A stretch of DNA of 64,000 bases from Clostridia bacterium (GTDB taxonomy: Bacteria; Bacillota; Clostridia; Oscillospirales; UBA644), in contig JAFRTE010000020.1 of the NCBI GenBank assembly GCA_017427285.1, forward strand, positions 30,849 to 94,848. Direction: 5' to 3'. Numbering within the stretch: the stretch's first letter is position 1; each line of letters starts with the position of its first letter. Below are positions 20,270 through 29,515 of the stretch, piece by piece. Below the pieces are notes generated by a model. The model did not search any database. It was not told the DNA's origin and saw only the letters and a program-made list of their open reading frames with translations. The translations under genes and the position numbers were made by a program.

Positions 20270-22276
20270 ATGGAAATACTTTCTCCGGCAGGTTCCCCCG
20301 AAGCGCTTAAAGCGGCCGTGCTTTCCGGCGCAGATGCCGTGTATATGGGGGCCTCCGGATTCAACGCACGGATAAACGCCAAAAATTTTTCCGACGACGA
20401 ACTTCGGCGATCGGTCGTTTACTGTCATGAACGGGGAGTGAGGGTATATATCACACTCAATACTCTTGTTTATGACAGGGAGATCCCCGAGGCGCTTAAG
20501 CTTGCGGAATTTTTGACGGATATCGGCGCCGACGCATTTATCGTGCAGGATCTCGGACTTGCCGCGCTGCTGAAAAAATGCGCCCCGTCGGTCAATCTTC
20601 ACGCAAGCACTCAGATGTCCGTATGCAATCTTGACGGCGTTGAAACGCTCGCCGATCTCGGTTTTTCGCGCGTTGTGCTCGCAAGAGAGCTTTCCGCGAG
20701 GGATATTGCGTTTATCGCGTCGCGAAGCCCGATCGAAACGGAGTTTTTCGTCCACGGCGCGTTCTGCATGTCATACAGCGGACAGTGCTATATGAGCTCG
20801 GTGATCGGCGGCAGAAGCGGAAACAGGGGTATGTGCGCGCAGCCGTGCCGCCTGCCCTACAGAAACGGATACGCTTTAAGCTTAAAGGATAACTGTCTTC
20901 TCGAATACGTCCCCGAACTTATGAAAGCGGGCGTGACTTCGCTTAAAATAGAGGGACGGATGAAGGGACCCGACTATGTTGCCGCCGTAACGGACGCATA
21001 TGTCCGCGCAAAAAACGGCGAAGCGTATTCTGAAGAAAAAAAAGAGTATCTTGCGGGAGTTTTCAGCCGTCAGGGCTTTACCGACGGATATTATACCGGA
21101 AAAACGGGCAGAGAAATGTTCGGAGTAAGACCCGAAAACGCTGCGGCGGCAAAAACCGAACTTCCGAAAGACGAATACAAGCGTTTTCCCGTTGATTTTT
21201 CATTTAAAAGCGAGGGCGGCAAGGCGACGGTATGCGCAGACTGCGAAGACGGTTTTTCGTCTTCTGTCTCGCTCGACGTGCAGAAAGCTGAAAAACGCCC
21301 GACCTCGGCGGAGGATATTTTCGCTTCGCTTTCAAAGCTCGGCGGTACTCCGTATTACGCAAAAGGATTCTCGTGCGAGATCGGTCATGATGAGTTTATC
21401 CCCGTATCTTCGCTCAATGCGGCGCGCCGCGAACTGATAAACGGGCTTACGGAAATGCGCGTAGTAAAAAATCAGTCGTTTACGCTGAGAAAAAACGAGC
21501 CGTATATCTTTCAGCCGTCCGAAAAAATTCAAACCGAAGCCTTTTTTCTCGATTTGAACTCGATACCGGAAAATACCGAAAAACTCTCGAAAATATGGAT
21601 CCCGTCCGAATTTTTCACAAGGAAAAACGCAGAAAAGCTTGCGGAAAAATACGGTGAAAAGCTCGGTATCGCTCTGCCTTCGGTTTTTCACGACAGCGAA
21701 AGCGCAGCCGTCTCAAAACAGCTTGAAGAGGCGAAAAACGCAGGCGTAAAAAGCGCTCTTTGCGGAAATATCGCGCATATACGCTTCGCTTCCGAAAAAG
21801 GGTTTACCGTTTGCGGCGACTACGGACTGAACGTTGTAAATTCAGAGTCCGTCCGCGCATATTCCGATCTTGGTGCCGAAAGAGTCACACTTTCTTTTGA
21901 GCTTTCAATGCGGCGTGCGGAAGACCTTTGCGGTAAAAATACGGGAATCGTCGCTTACGGCAGACTGCCCTTTATGATAATGAAAAACTGCGTCAAGGGC
22001 GGAAACGGCAGTATATGCGGCAGAAAAGGAAAACCCGCGTTTTTGACCGACAGGATGAAAAAGGATTTTCTTTTGACCTGCGATTTCGGCTGCAGAAACA
22101 GACTCTGGAACGCGGACCTGCTGTGGCTTGCCGATAAAAAGCTGCCCCCGTTCGGCTTTATCCGCCTTATTTTTACCGATGAAACGGCGGACGAAGCAAA
22201 ACGCGTTATAGACGCATATTCAGGCAAACAAACGTCTCCGCCCGTCAGTATGACGAGAGGCAGATATTATTCATAA
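20270..22276 (+). CDS. U32 family peptidase-like protein
   Basis: U32 signature region ETEFFVHGAFCMSYSGQC, and an N-terminal MEILSPAGS..GADAVY pattern. Confidence 0.85.
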   Translation: MEILSPAGSPEALKAAVLSGADAVYMGASGFNARINAKNFSDDELRRSVVYCHERGVRVYITLNTLVYDREIPEALKLAEFLTDIGADAFIVQDLGLAALLKKCAPSVNLHASTQMSVCNLDGVETLADLGFSRVVLARELSARDIAFIASRSPIETEFFVHGAFCMSYSGQCYMSSVIGGRSGNRGMCAQPCRLPYRNGYALSLKDNCLLEYVPELMKAGVTSLKIEGRMKGPDYVAAVTDAYVRAKNGEAYSEEKKEYLAGVFSRQGFTDGYYTGKTGREMFGVRPENAAAAKTELPKDEYKRFPVDFSFKSEGGKATVCADCEDGFSSSVSLDVQKAEKRPTSAEDIFASLSKLGGTPYYAKGFSCEIGHDEFIPVSSLNAARRELINGLTEMRVVKNQSFTLRKNEPYIFQPSEKIQTEAFFLDLNSIPENTEKLSKIWIPSEFFTRKNAEKLAEKYGEKLGIALPSVFHDSESAAVSKQLEEAKNAGVKSALCGNIAHIRFASEKGFTVCGDYGLNVVNSESVRAYSDLGAERVTLSFELSMRRAEDLCGKNTGIVAYGRLPFMIMKNCVKGGNGSICGRKGKPAFLTDRMKKDFLLTCDFGCRNRLWNADLLWLADKKLPPFGFIRLIFTDETADEAKRVIDAYSGKQTSPPVSMTRGRYYS

Positions 22277-22315
22277 TAAAGAAAAGCCGCTTACCGCGGC
22301 GGAATGGAGAAAAAT

Positions 22316-23095
22316 ATGAAAATCGGAATTATCGCAGATCTGCATCTGCCGAAAAAGGAATTTCCTCCGCGTCCCGAACCGGGGAAGAGACCCGAACCGC
22401 TGCCCGACGACCCCGTTACGGCGAAAGCCAAGGTGTTTTACGAGAAGGCGAAGGAAGAAAAATACGATTTTGTTATAAATCTCGGAGATCTTATCAACGG
22501 TACCGGAAACGGTGACGACGATTATATGACCGCCATGATGTTTTCCCGTTCGATGATAAGCTCTACGGTAAACACTTATTACGTTCTGGGCAACCACGAT
22601 GCCATGTTCATTCCGAAAGACCTTCTTCTTCACTGTTCGCAGACGCTCGGCGGAGCTTACAGCTTTTTGAAGGACGGCATTCTTTTTATAGCGCTCGACG
22701 CAAACTATTCATGCGACGGAAAAGCTTATGAGCCGGGCTTTGCGGACTGGACCGATTCGTATATCCCCGAAGCGCAGAGAGAATTTCTGAAAAATCAGCT
22801 TGACAGAGAAGATTTCGAAAAAGCCGTGATCCTCTGCCATCACCGTCTCGACCTTTTTATGGACGATCTTGAACGCGTTAACCCCCATGTTGTGGGAAAT
22901 GCCGAGGAGATAAGAGAAATACTTGAAAAGTCCGGCAAAGTTGCCCTCGTTTTGCAGGCGCACTACCACAGCGGAGACGAAACCGTTTTCAACGGTATAC
23001 GTTACTATACTCAGAGAGCGTTTTTCAAAAACGGAGCATACAGCGTAATGAATATAGACGCCAACGGAATTACGCTTGAAAAAGAGGAAATATGA
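22316..23095 (+). CDS. metallophosphoesterase family protein
   Basis: IIADLH, GDLING and LGNHD motifs. ATG 22316 follows GGAG at 6 nt. Confidence 0.7.
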   Translation: MKIGIIADLHLPKKEFPPRPEPGKRPEPLPDDPVTAKAKVFYEKAKEEKYDFVINLGDLINGTGNGDDDYMTAMMFSRSMISSTVNTYYVLGNHDAMFIPKDLLLHCSQTLGGAYSFLKDGILFIALDANYSCDGKAYEPGFADWTDSYIPEAQREFLKNQLDREDFEKAVILCHHRLDLFMDDLERVNPHVVGNAEEIREILEKSGKVALVLQAHYHSGDETVFNGIRYYTQRAFFKNGAYSVMNIDANGITLEKEEI

Positions 23096-23532
23096 AGCTT
23101 GAATATTCAAGGATAAAACGCGACGGAATAACGCCTCCCGAGCCGTTTTATGCATCGGAGGGCGCCGCGGGGCTTGATCTGACCGTATTCGGAAACGACG
23201 TTGCAGTCCCTGCGCAGGGACACGCCATAGTTAAAACGGGCATCTGCGTTGCCGTGCCGAAAGACCATGTCGGACTGATTTTCGTCCGCTCCTCCCTCGG
23301 CGTTAAAAGAGGGCTTATGCTTTCAAACAGCGTAGGCGTTATAGACAGCGACTACCGCGGCGAGCTTCTCGTATCGCTTTTCAATACAAATAAAGAGGAC
23401 GTTTTGCTCAGAAGCGGAGAGAGGATAGCACAGCTTGTTATCGTACCGTGCCTTCGCCCCGAGCTTTGCGAGGTCGAAGAGCTTGAAAAAACGCAGCGCG
23501 GAGACGGCAGATTCGGATCGACGGGAAAATGA
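23092..23532 (+). CDS. dut: dUTP diphosphatase
   Basis: dUTPase motifs GAAGLDL, RSSLG, GVIDSDYRGEL, GDGRFGSTG. ATGA overlap with the upstream gene. Confidence 0.9.
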   Translation: MKLEYSRIKRDGITPPEPFYASEGAAGLDLTVFGNDVAVPAQGHAIVKTGICVAVPKDHVGLIFVRSSLGVKRGLMLSNSVGVIDSDYRGELLVSLFNTNKEDVLLRSGERIAQLVIVPCLRPELCEVEELEKTQRGDGRFGSTGK

Positions 23533-23548
23533 AAAGCGAATAAAATAA

Positions 23549-23581
23549 AACAGGCCGATTTATTTCAGCCTGTTATTTTTT
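23549..23581. terminator. bidirectional terminator between convergent genes
   Basis: Stem AACAGGC/GCCTGTT with an A-run before and a T-run after. Confidence 0.6.
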
Positions 23582-23585
23582 TCGG

Positions 23586-24077
23586 TTATCGGTCCTCTTC
23601 TTCGGTTTCGGTCTCAGTATCTGTTTCTTCGGGAACCGGGATCTCGGGGGCGGGCTCGGGTTTTGTTTCGGTAACGAATATTACTGTGTATTTATCTTTG
23701 CCGTCTTCGTGAGTTTCCGCCGTTACGGTATATCCTTCGGGCGTATTTCCGTCTTTTAGGGACTTATGGAAATTTACGTTCGCTTCCTGCTCCGCTTTGA
23801 TGTAAACGTTGTTTGCAAAAACGAATTCGCCGTTCGAATAAACGCCTATCCCGCAGGATTTCACACCGTTTATCGCTCGCAGTACGGCCTGTGATCTTGC
23901 GTCTTTTGTTTTTGATGCGGCGAAAGCTCCGACTATAAGCGCAAGCAAAAGCAGAACGCCCGAAAAAATAAGCTTGACGGGATAGTCCGCCTGAGTATTG
24001 AGAACGAGAAAATAAGTTCCCGCCGCCGCTGCGAACACCGCAGCGGTAAAAAGTATGCCGTAAAGATGCTTTTTCAT
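23586..24077 (-). CDS. hypothetical membrane protein with acidic Pro/Glu/Thr-rich C-terminus
   Basis: Two predicted TM helices at the N-terminus. No motif I recognise. Confidence 0.45.
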   Translation of the reverse strand: MKKHLYGILFTAAVFAAAAGTYFLVLNTQADYPVKLIFSGVLLLLALIVGAFAASKTKDARSQAVLRAINGVKSCGIGVYSNGEFVFANNVYIKAEQEANVNFHKSLKDGNTPEGYTVTAETHEDGKDKYTVIFVTETKPEPAPEIPVPEETDTETETEEEDR

Positions 24078-24095
24078 GTTTTATCCTTTATTTAA

Positions 24096-24518
24096 CTATT
24101 CAAACATATCTATGCGTCTCTGATGTTTTCCGCCCTCAAAAGGCGTGGTGAGGAAAATATCGGTTATTTCAGCCGCAAGTCCGTCGCCGATGACTCTTGC
24201 GCCCATGCAGAGAGTGTTTGCGTTGTTGTGAAGTCTCGTGAATTTTGCCGAATACGTATCCGAGCAGACCGCCGCGCGTATTCCTTTGATCTTGTTTGCA
24301 GCCATGCTGACGCCTATGCCCGTGCCGCAAACGAGTATCGCTTTTTCGCATTCGCCGTCGATCACCGCGCTGCAGGCTTTTTTAGCGTATACGGGATAAT
24401 CGCAGCTTTCGGTTGAATACGTGCCGTAATCTTTGTATTCAACTCCGATTTCCTCAAGGTGTTTTTTCAGTTTTTCTTTAAGCGCAAATCCTGCGTGATC
24501 AGAAGCTATGGCAATCAT
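24096..24518 (-). CDS. rpiB: ribose-5-phosphate isomerase B
   Basis: RpiB/LacA/LacB family pattern: IAIASDHAGF, CGTGIGVSMAANK. Confidence 0.9.
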   Translation of the reverse strand: MIAIASDHAGFALKEKLKKHLEEIGVEYKDYGTYSTESCDYPVYAKKACSAVIDGECEKAILVCGTGIGVSMAANKIKGIRAAVCSDTYSAKFTRLHNNANTLCMGARVIGDGLAAEITDIFLTTPFEGGKHQRRIDMFE

Positions 24519-24521
24519 GTT

Positions 24522-25268
24522 TTATTCCCCCTGTTTATTATGCTTTTTTTCCGCTTCAAGTTTCTCGAGCCGTTCTCTTTCCGCCTGAGGAGGTCGCAGA
24601 TACACAGCTGAGAGGTTTTCCTGCGTTTTTTCCTCGTAAAGACCGTTTTTTATCGCCTCATAGATCCCTTCGGGACGGATAAACATAACGCTTTGCGCGG
24701 CAAGAGAGAAAGAAAGCCCCTTTTTTTCGCATTCTTTCGCAAAGATCTCCGCTCCGTCGCCCGTAATAAGGATTTTTTTATCCGTTTTTTTAAGCTCTTT
24801 TGCAAGCTCCTCCGCAGAGATCTGTCTGTCGGCGCAAAGTCTTTTCACGCCGCCTTTTTCAGATAAAAACAGCGCGTTGTAAAGCATTCCTCTTCTTGCG
24901 TCGAAAACGGGACAGATCATTCCGTCAAATCCTGCCGCTCCGCACGCCGACGCCGCGGTTGAAGATACCGCAAGACACGGCAGATTTTTTGTAAACGCGA
25001 TACCCTTCGCCGTTGAAACGCCTATTTTAACGCCCGTAAAAGAGCCCGGGCCGACGGTGACGGCAACGGCGGAAACGCCGTCCGCATCAGTCTGAGAATC
25101 GGCTAAAACTTTTTCGATCGACGGCAGAAGCGTTTTTGAATGCGTAAGTCCGTTATTGGAAAAAACGGACGCCGCTGCCTTCCCGTCTTTTATAACGCCC
25201 GCCGAACACGTAAGCGCCGACGAATCGAAAGCGAGGATAACGCCTTTGTTTATATCGTATTCATTCAT
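24522..25268 (-). CDS. tsaB: tRNA threonylcarbamoyladenosine biosynthesis protein TsaB
   Basis: LAFDSS start and GPGSFTGVKIG motif. Located downstream of tsaE. Confidence 0.8.
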   Translation of the reverse strand: MNEYDINKGVILAFDSSALTCSAGVIKDGKAAASVFSNNGLTHSKTLLPSIEKVLADSQTDADGVSAVAVTVGPGSFTGVKIGVSTAKGIAFTKNLPCLAVSSTAASACGAAGFDGMICPVFDARRGMLYNALFLSEKGGVKRLCADRQISAEELAKELKKTDKKILITGDGAEIFAKECEKKGLSFSLAAQSVMFIRPEGIYEAIKNGLYEEKTQENLSAVYLRPPQAERERLEKLEAEKKHNKQGE

Positions 25269-25668
25269 TTATCTCAATCACTCTTTCGTTTTCGGTCCTG
25301 CCGTAGGAGATCTTTATTTTTACGGCGTTTTCGGCGCCGTCGCATTCGTTCCCCGCCCATTCAACGAAGATAAGATCGGCTCTGCTGTCGTAAAAACCGA
25401 TGGAATACAGATCGTCGCTGTCGGTGATCCTGCAAAGGTCGTAGTGAAGCACCGTTTTTCCGTCGGCGCAATACTCGTTGCATAAAGCGAAAGTAGGACT
25501 CGTTACTCTTCCTTCGTATCCGAGCGCCCTCATGCAGCCCTGAACGAATACGGTTTTGCCTGCGCCCATCTCGCCGTCGAGACAAATTACGGCGCCCGGT
25601 TTTATGCCGTTTATGACCTCTGCGGCGATCTCCTGCGTGCGCGCGGCGGAATCGGAAATATATTTCAT
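25261..25668 (-). CDS. tsaE: tRNA threonylcarbamoyladenosine biosynthesis ATPase TsaE
   Basis: Walker A GEMGAGKT, plus SPTF and HYDLCR motifs. Confidence 0.85.
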   Translation of the reverse strand: MKYISDSAARTQEIAAEVINGIKPGAVICLDGEMGAGKTVFVQGCMRALGYEGRVTSPTFALCNEYCADGKTVLHYDLCRITDSDDLYSIGFYDSRADLIFVEWAGNECDGAENAVKIKISYGRTENERVIEINE

Positions 25669-26633
25669 CAGCTCAACTCCATATATCTTACAAGAGTGCT
25701 TACTCCCCAGTAAACGGCGGGGACGGTAACGATATTCAATAAAACGCAGATAAACGTTACCGCGTTGCCGAAAACATAGTCAAGCCCGTATTCCTTATAA
25801 AAAACGGTCATGGAAATCATCGGAGAAGCCGCGAAAACGATCGTTATAACGCAGACCTGAACAAACGAGAAAACACCCGTTACAGCCGTGACAATACCAA
25901 GACAGAGCGGTATCGCAACGCACTTCAGCGGAACGAAAACATACGTCATTTTATCTTTGAATACGCCCTTTACGTCCGCGCCTACGAGCATCATGCCCAG
26001 ATATACCATGGCAAGATACGAAAGCGCCGAGCCGAATTTGTAAAGCGGCGCCTGAATAAACTCGGGAAGATTGAATCCGAGCATTTTAAGAATAAAGGAA
26101 ACAATGAAAACGACCGTAACGGGGTTTATATGTATGCCTTTCTTCTTTTTTTCGCCCGAAAGCTTTTCGCCGCCTGCCGCAAGCAAAGAAACGGTAAGAG
26201 TCCACGAAACAAGGTCGGAGCCGAGCGCAAGTATAGTGCAGCTCAGCGATCCCTCGTCTCCGAAAAGACCCTGGCAGATCGGAAGTCCGAGAAAAATTGC
26301 GTTGGGGGCGGAGCAGAGCGCGAAAAGAACGTATTTTCTTTTGTCATCCGCTTTGGAAATCAAAGCAAACAGGACTCCGAGCCCGAGAAGAGCGAGAGTT
26401 ATCAGCGCTCCTGCTGCAAAAAGCGGGAGCTGAGCGATAATCTGCTGTTTCGTGATGTTTTCCGAAAGGAGCTTTGATGCAAGCCATGCGGGAAACATAA
26501 GTCTTGTTACTATCTTAGATACGGAAGACGCGGCGTCTTTTGATATATATCCCGTTTTTACCGAGACAAAACCTCCCGCCATAAAAAGGCCGAGAACGAG
26601 GACGCACTGTATAACTGTTAAAATTTCATCCAT
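25668..26633 (-). CDS. AEC (auxin efflux carrier) family transporter
   Basis: 321-aa polytopic membrane protein. Its two-lobed hydrophobic pattern is typical of the AEC family. Confidence 0.7.
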   Translation of the reverse strand: MDEILTVIQCVLVLGLFMAGGFVSVKTGYISKDAASSVSKIVTRLMFPAWLASKLLSENITKQQIIAQLPLFAAGALITLALLGLGVLFALISKADDKRKYVLFALCSAPNAIFLGLPICQGLFGDEGSLSCTILALGSDLVSWTLTVSLLAAGGEKLSGEKKKKGIHINPVTVVFIVSFILKMLGFNLPEFIQAPLYKFGSALSYLAMVYLGMMLVGADVKGVFKDKMTYVFVPLKCVAIPLCLGIVTAVTGVFSFVQVCVITIVFAASPMISMTVFYKEYGLDYVFGNAVTFICVLLNIVTVPAVYWGVSTLVRYMELS

Positions 26634-26702
26634 AGCATATAAATTATATCACAGATTCTTTTTAAATACAATACCCGACGGACATTTAATTAAAAAAAGA
26701 TA

Positions 26703-26731
26703 TTGTTTTTTTAAAATTTATGTGATATAAT
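26703..26731 (+). promoter_or_regulatory. putative promoter with extended -10 for the VanY-like gene
   Basis: TTGTTT (26703-26708), a 17-nt spacer ending in TGA, then TATAAT (26726-26731). Confidence 0.5.
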
Positions 26732-26764
26732 TATCCGTAAACACAACATCAACACGAGGCATTT

Positions 26765-27853
26765 ATGGAAACACGCAATTATGTAAGACGCAGACAGGCG
26801 GCAAAAAAGAGAAAAAGAAAGAGAATGATCCGCAGAGTAGTTGTCGCTGCTCTGCTCGTTGCCGCGATCGCCGCCGTGATCGCGCTTGCGGTATGGATAA
26901 TCTCCGCATTTATTGACAGAAATACGGAACCGAAACCGCAGGACGCCCCCGTCTCCGTCACGGAACAGTCCTCCGAACCGACTGTCGGGACCGAAACTGC
27001 TTTGACGGAGCCGACCGAAAGCGAAGAACCGGTCCAAACGGAGCCCGAGACAGAAAAAGAGACGGTCACAGTTACAGCGGAAGACGTTAAAAAAGGTATC
27101 CTTATTCTCGTAAACAGACAGCACCCGTTCGCTTTTACCGCGGATTACGAGCTTATAGACCTTTTTACGTATAAGTCGTCGGCATACAAATTCCGCGATG
27201 ACGGCATGATGTTCGCGCCGTTTGCAAGCGAAAAACTCAACGAAATGCTCGTTGATTTTTACAACAGGACGGGAAACGGCGATATAAACATTATAAGCAC
27301 CTTCCGCGATATCGAAACTCAGCAGAGGATCTACAATTCAAAACTCGAATACTACAACGGCAACGTTGAAACGACCGAAAAATGGGTTGCTCTTCCCGGC
27401 GCGAGCGAGCATCATACGGGCCTTGCCGTTGACTTCGGCATTTACACTTCAGACGGCGAGAGCTATGATTACGACGGCTCGGGCGAATATGCGTGGATAA
27501 ACGAAAACTGCTGGAAATACGGCTTTATCGTCCGTTACGATTCGGCAAAAACGGATATTACGGGCATTGCCTACGAGCCGTGGCATTTCAGATATCTCGG
27601 GCTGCCGCATTCCGAAATACTATCTCAGACGGATTTTTGCTACGAAGAGTATATAGCTTATCTCAAATCGTATCCGCAGGACGGCGAACATCTTTTCTTT
27701 ACGTCGTATACGGGCGATCGGTACGAGATATTCTACGTTCGCAGCGAAGGCGAAAAAACGGAAATCAAGCTTGATAAAGGCGCAGATTACTTTATTTCGG
27801 GCAATAACGACGACGGATTTATAGTTACGGTGACGCTGCATGGTGATTCGTAA
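26765..27853 (+). CDS. D-alanyl-D-alanine carboxypeptidase, VanY/M15B family, membrane anchored
   Basis: N-terminal TM helix and zinc-ligand motifs SEHHTGLAVD and EPWHFRY. Confidence 0.8.
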   Translation: METRNYVRRRQAAKKRKRKRMIRRVVVAALLVAAIAAVIALAVWIISAFIDRNTEPKPQDAPVSVTEQSSEPTVGTETALTEPTESEEPVQTEPETEKETVTVTAEDVKKGILILVNRQHPFAFTADYELIDLFTYKSSAYKFRDDGMMFAPFASEKLNEMLVDFYNRTGNGDINIISTFRDIETQQRIYNSKLEYYNGNVETTEKWVALPGASEHHTGLAVDFGIYTSDGESYDYDGSGEYAWINENCWKYGFIVRYDSAKTDITGIAYEPWHFRYLGLPHSEILSQTDFCYEEYIAYLKSYPQDGEHLFFTSYTGDRYEIFYVRSEGEKTEIKLDKGADYFISGNNDDGFIVTVTLHGDS

Positions 27854-28346
27854 GGGCAAGATCGGAGATATCGGGCAGATACTCTCCACCATAGACGCCG
27901 CAAAAAGATTTTTCCGTGAAAACGGTATAGATCAGTGGCAAAACGGGACACCGAACAGGGAGACTGTTGAAAACGACATAAAAAACGGCGAGAGCTTCGT
28001 TGTAGAAGAAAACGGCGAAATTCTTGCCTGCGCCATGATTTCGCTTCGAGGAGAGCCGACATACGCTGAGATTTACTCGGGTAAATGGCTGAACGGACTG
28101 CCTTACGGCGTTATTCACCGCGTTGCGGTGCGTCCCGACGCGAAAAAAAGCGGTTTAGCCACCGCGCTTGTAAAAGAAGCCGAAAAAATCACGCTTTCCG
28201 CCGGTTTTTCCTCGCTTCGCATAGATACTCACCGCGATAATATCCCGATGCGGAAAATGATAGAAAAAAACGGATTCGTTTTTTGCGGCGGCATTTTCCT
28301 CGCGGACGGTTCGCCGAGGATGGCTTTTGAAAAAATACTTAAATAA
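27840..28346 (+). CDS. GNAT family N-acetyltransferase
   Basis: Acetyl-CoA binding region HRVAVRPDAKKSGLATALV, within a 168-aa GNAT-sized protein. Confidence 0.75.
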   Translation: MVIRKGKIGDIGQILSTIDAAKRFFRENGIDQWQNGTPNRETVENDIKNGESFVVEENGEILACAMISLRGEPTYAEIYSGKWLNGLPYGVIHRVAVRPDAKKSGLATALVKEAEKITLSAGFSSLRIDTHRDNIPMRKMIEKNGFVFCGGIFLADGSPRMAFEKILK

Positions 28347-28352
28347 AAATCG

Positions 28353-28397
28353 GTTGCCCGCATCAAAAAAAGGTTGACATGCGGGCAACTTTAGTTT
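28353..28397 (+). terminator. rho-independent terminator after the GNAT gene
   Basis: 11-bp stem GTTGCCCGCAT/ATGCGGGCAAC followed by TTTAGTTT. It overlaps the next promoter. Confidence 0.65.
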
Positions 28398-28402
28398 ATA
28401 AT
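28374..28402 (+). promoter_or_regulatory. exact-consensus sigma-70 promoter
   Basis: TTGACA (28374-28379), a 17-nt spacer, then TATAAT (28397-28402). Confidence 0.75.
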
Positions 28403-28438
28403 ATAATTGATAATAAACATATGACAGGAGAAAAGACC

Positions 28439-29482
28439 ATGTATAAGTATATGTCCGATATTCCCGAAAAATGCCTTGAATTCAAACCGAGATCGTATGT
28501 CTGCCGCCGCGCGACGCTGCCGCCTCAGATAGACGGAAGACTTGACAAGCCCTTCTGGGACGCCGCAGAGTGGAGTGAGGAATTTGAAGATATAGAGTGG
28601 AATTCCGCCCGCCCCGCGCCGTATCACAAAACGCGCATGAAAATGCTTTGGGACGACAATGCTCTTTATATAGGCGCGTATCTTGAAGAGGATAAGATAT
28701 GGGGTACTCTTACCGAACGCGACTGCGTTATTTTCAACGATAACGATTTTGAGATCTTTATCGACCCCGACAGCGATACTCACGCGTATTTCGAATTTGA
28801 AATGAACGCGTTGAACACGATCTGGGATCTTCTTCTCGTTAAACCGTACAGAGACGAGAGAAACAAGGTTTTCAACGGTCTTGACATTCACGGGATAAAG
28901 ACCGCGGTTCATATAGACGGCGTTATAAACGACCCGACGAAAATTTCCGAAAACAAGGGCTGGTCGGTTGAGGTAATGATGCCGTGGACGACTCTCAAGG
29001 AAGGCAATTACAATAAAATCCCCGTACCCGGCGATTACTGGAGAATAGATTTTTCGCGCGTTGAATGGCGTACGGAGGTAAAGGACGGAAAATACTCGAA
29101 GGTCATCAATCCCGAAACGGGAATACGCTACCCCGAGGATAACTGGATCTGGTCGCCGATCGGGCTCGTTAACATGCATATGCCCGAGCTTTGGGGATTT
29201 CTCTGGTTTACCGACGGTAAGACTGACGAAAAGAATTTCGTAATTCCGAAAAACGAATATCTCAAATGGGAACTCCGCAAACTTTATTATATGGAAAGAA
29301 ACTATTACGCCAAACACGGCAGATTCTGCGCGGACTTCAGAGAGCTTTGCGGCGACGAAACTCCTGCGATAGACCCCGTTATCGAAACCACGAGCCACAC
29401 TTACGAGGCGTATATCCCCGCGGCGGACGGCGGCAGAGTATATATTAGACACGACGGTCTCGTATACGTTTCCGATAAATAA
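28439..29482 (+). CDS. carbohydrate-binding family 9-like (DOMON-like) domain protein
   Basis: The pattern PPQIDGRLDKPFWD...MLWDDNALYIGAYLEE...NDNDFEIFIDP...YFEFEMN is typical of CBM9-like proteins. ATG 28439 lies 8 nt after CAGGAG. Confidence 0.55.
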   Translation: MYKYMSDIPEKCLEFKPRSYVCRRATLPPQIDGRLDKPFWDAAEWSEEFEDIEWNSARPAPYHKTRMKMLWDDNALYIGAYLEEDKIWGTLTERDCVIFNDNDFEIFIDPDSDTHAYFEFEMNALNTIWDLLLVKPYRDERNKVFNGLDIHGIKTAVHIDGVINDPTKISENKGWSVEVMMPWTTLKEGNYNKIPVPGDYWRIDFSRVEWRTEVKDGKYSKVINPETGIRYPEDNWIWSPIGLVNMHMPELWGFLWFTDGKTDEKNFVIPKNEYLKWELRKLYYMERNYYAKHGRFCADFRELCGDETPAIDPVIETTSHTYEAYIPAADGGRVYIRHDGLVYVSDK

Positions 29483-29515
29483 TTGATCTTTAACACTTAC
29501 GGAAGGAAAAAGAAA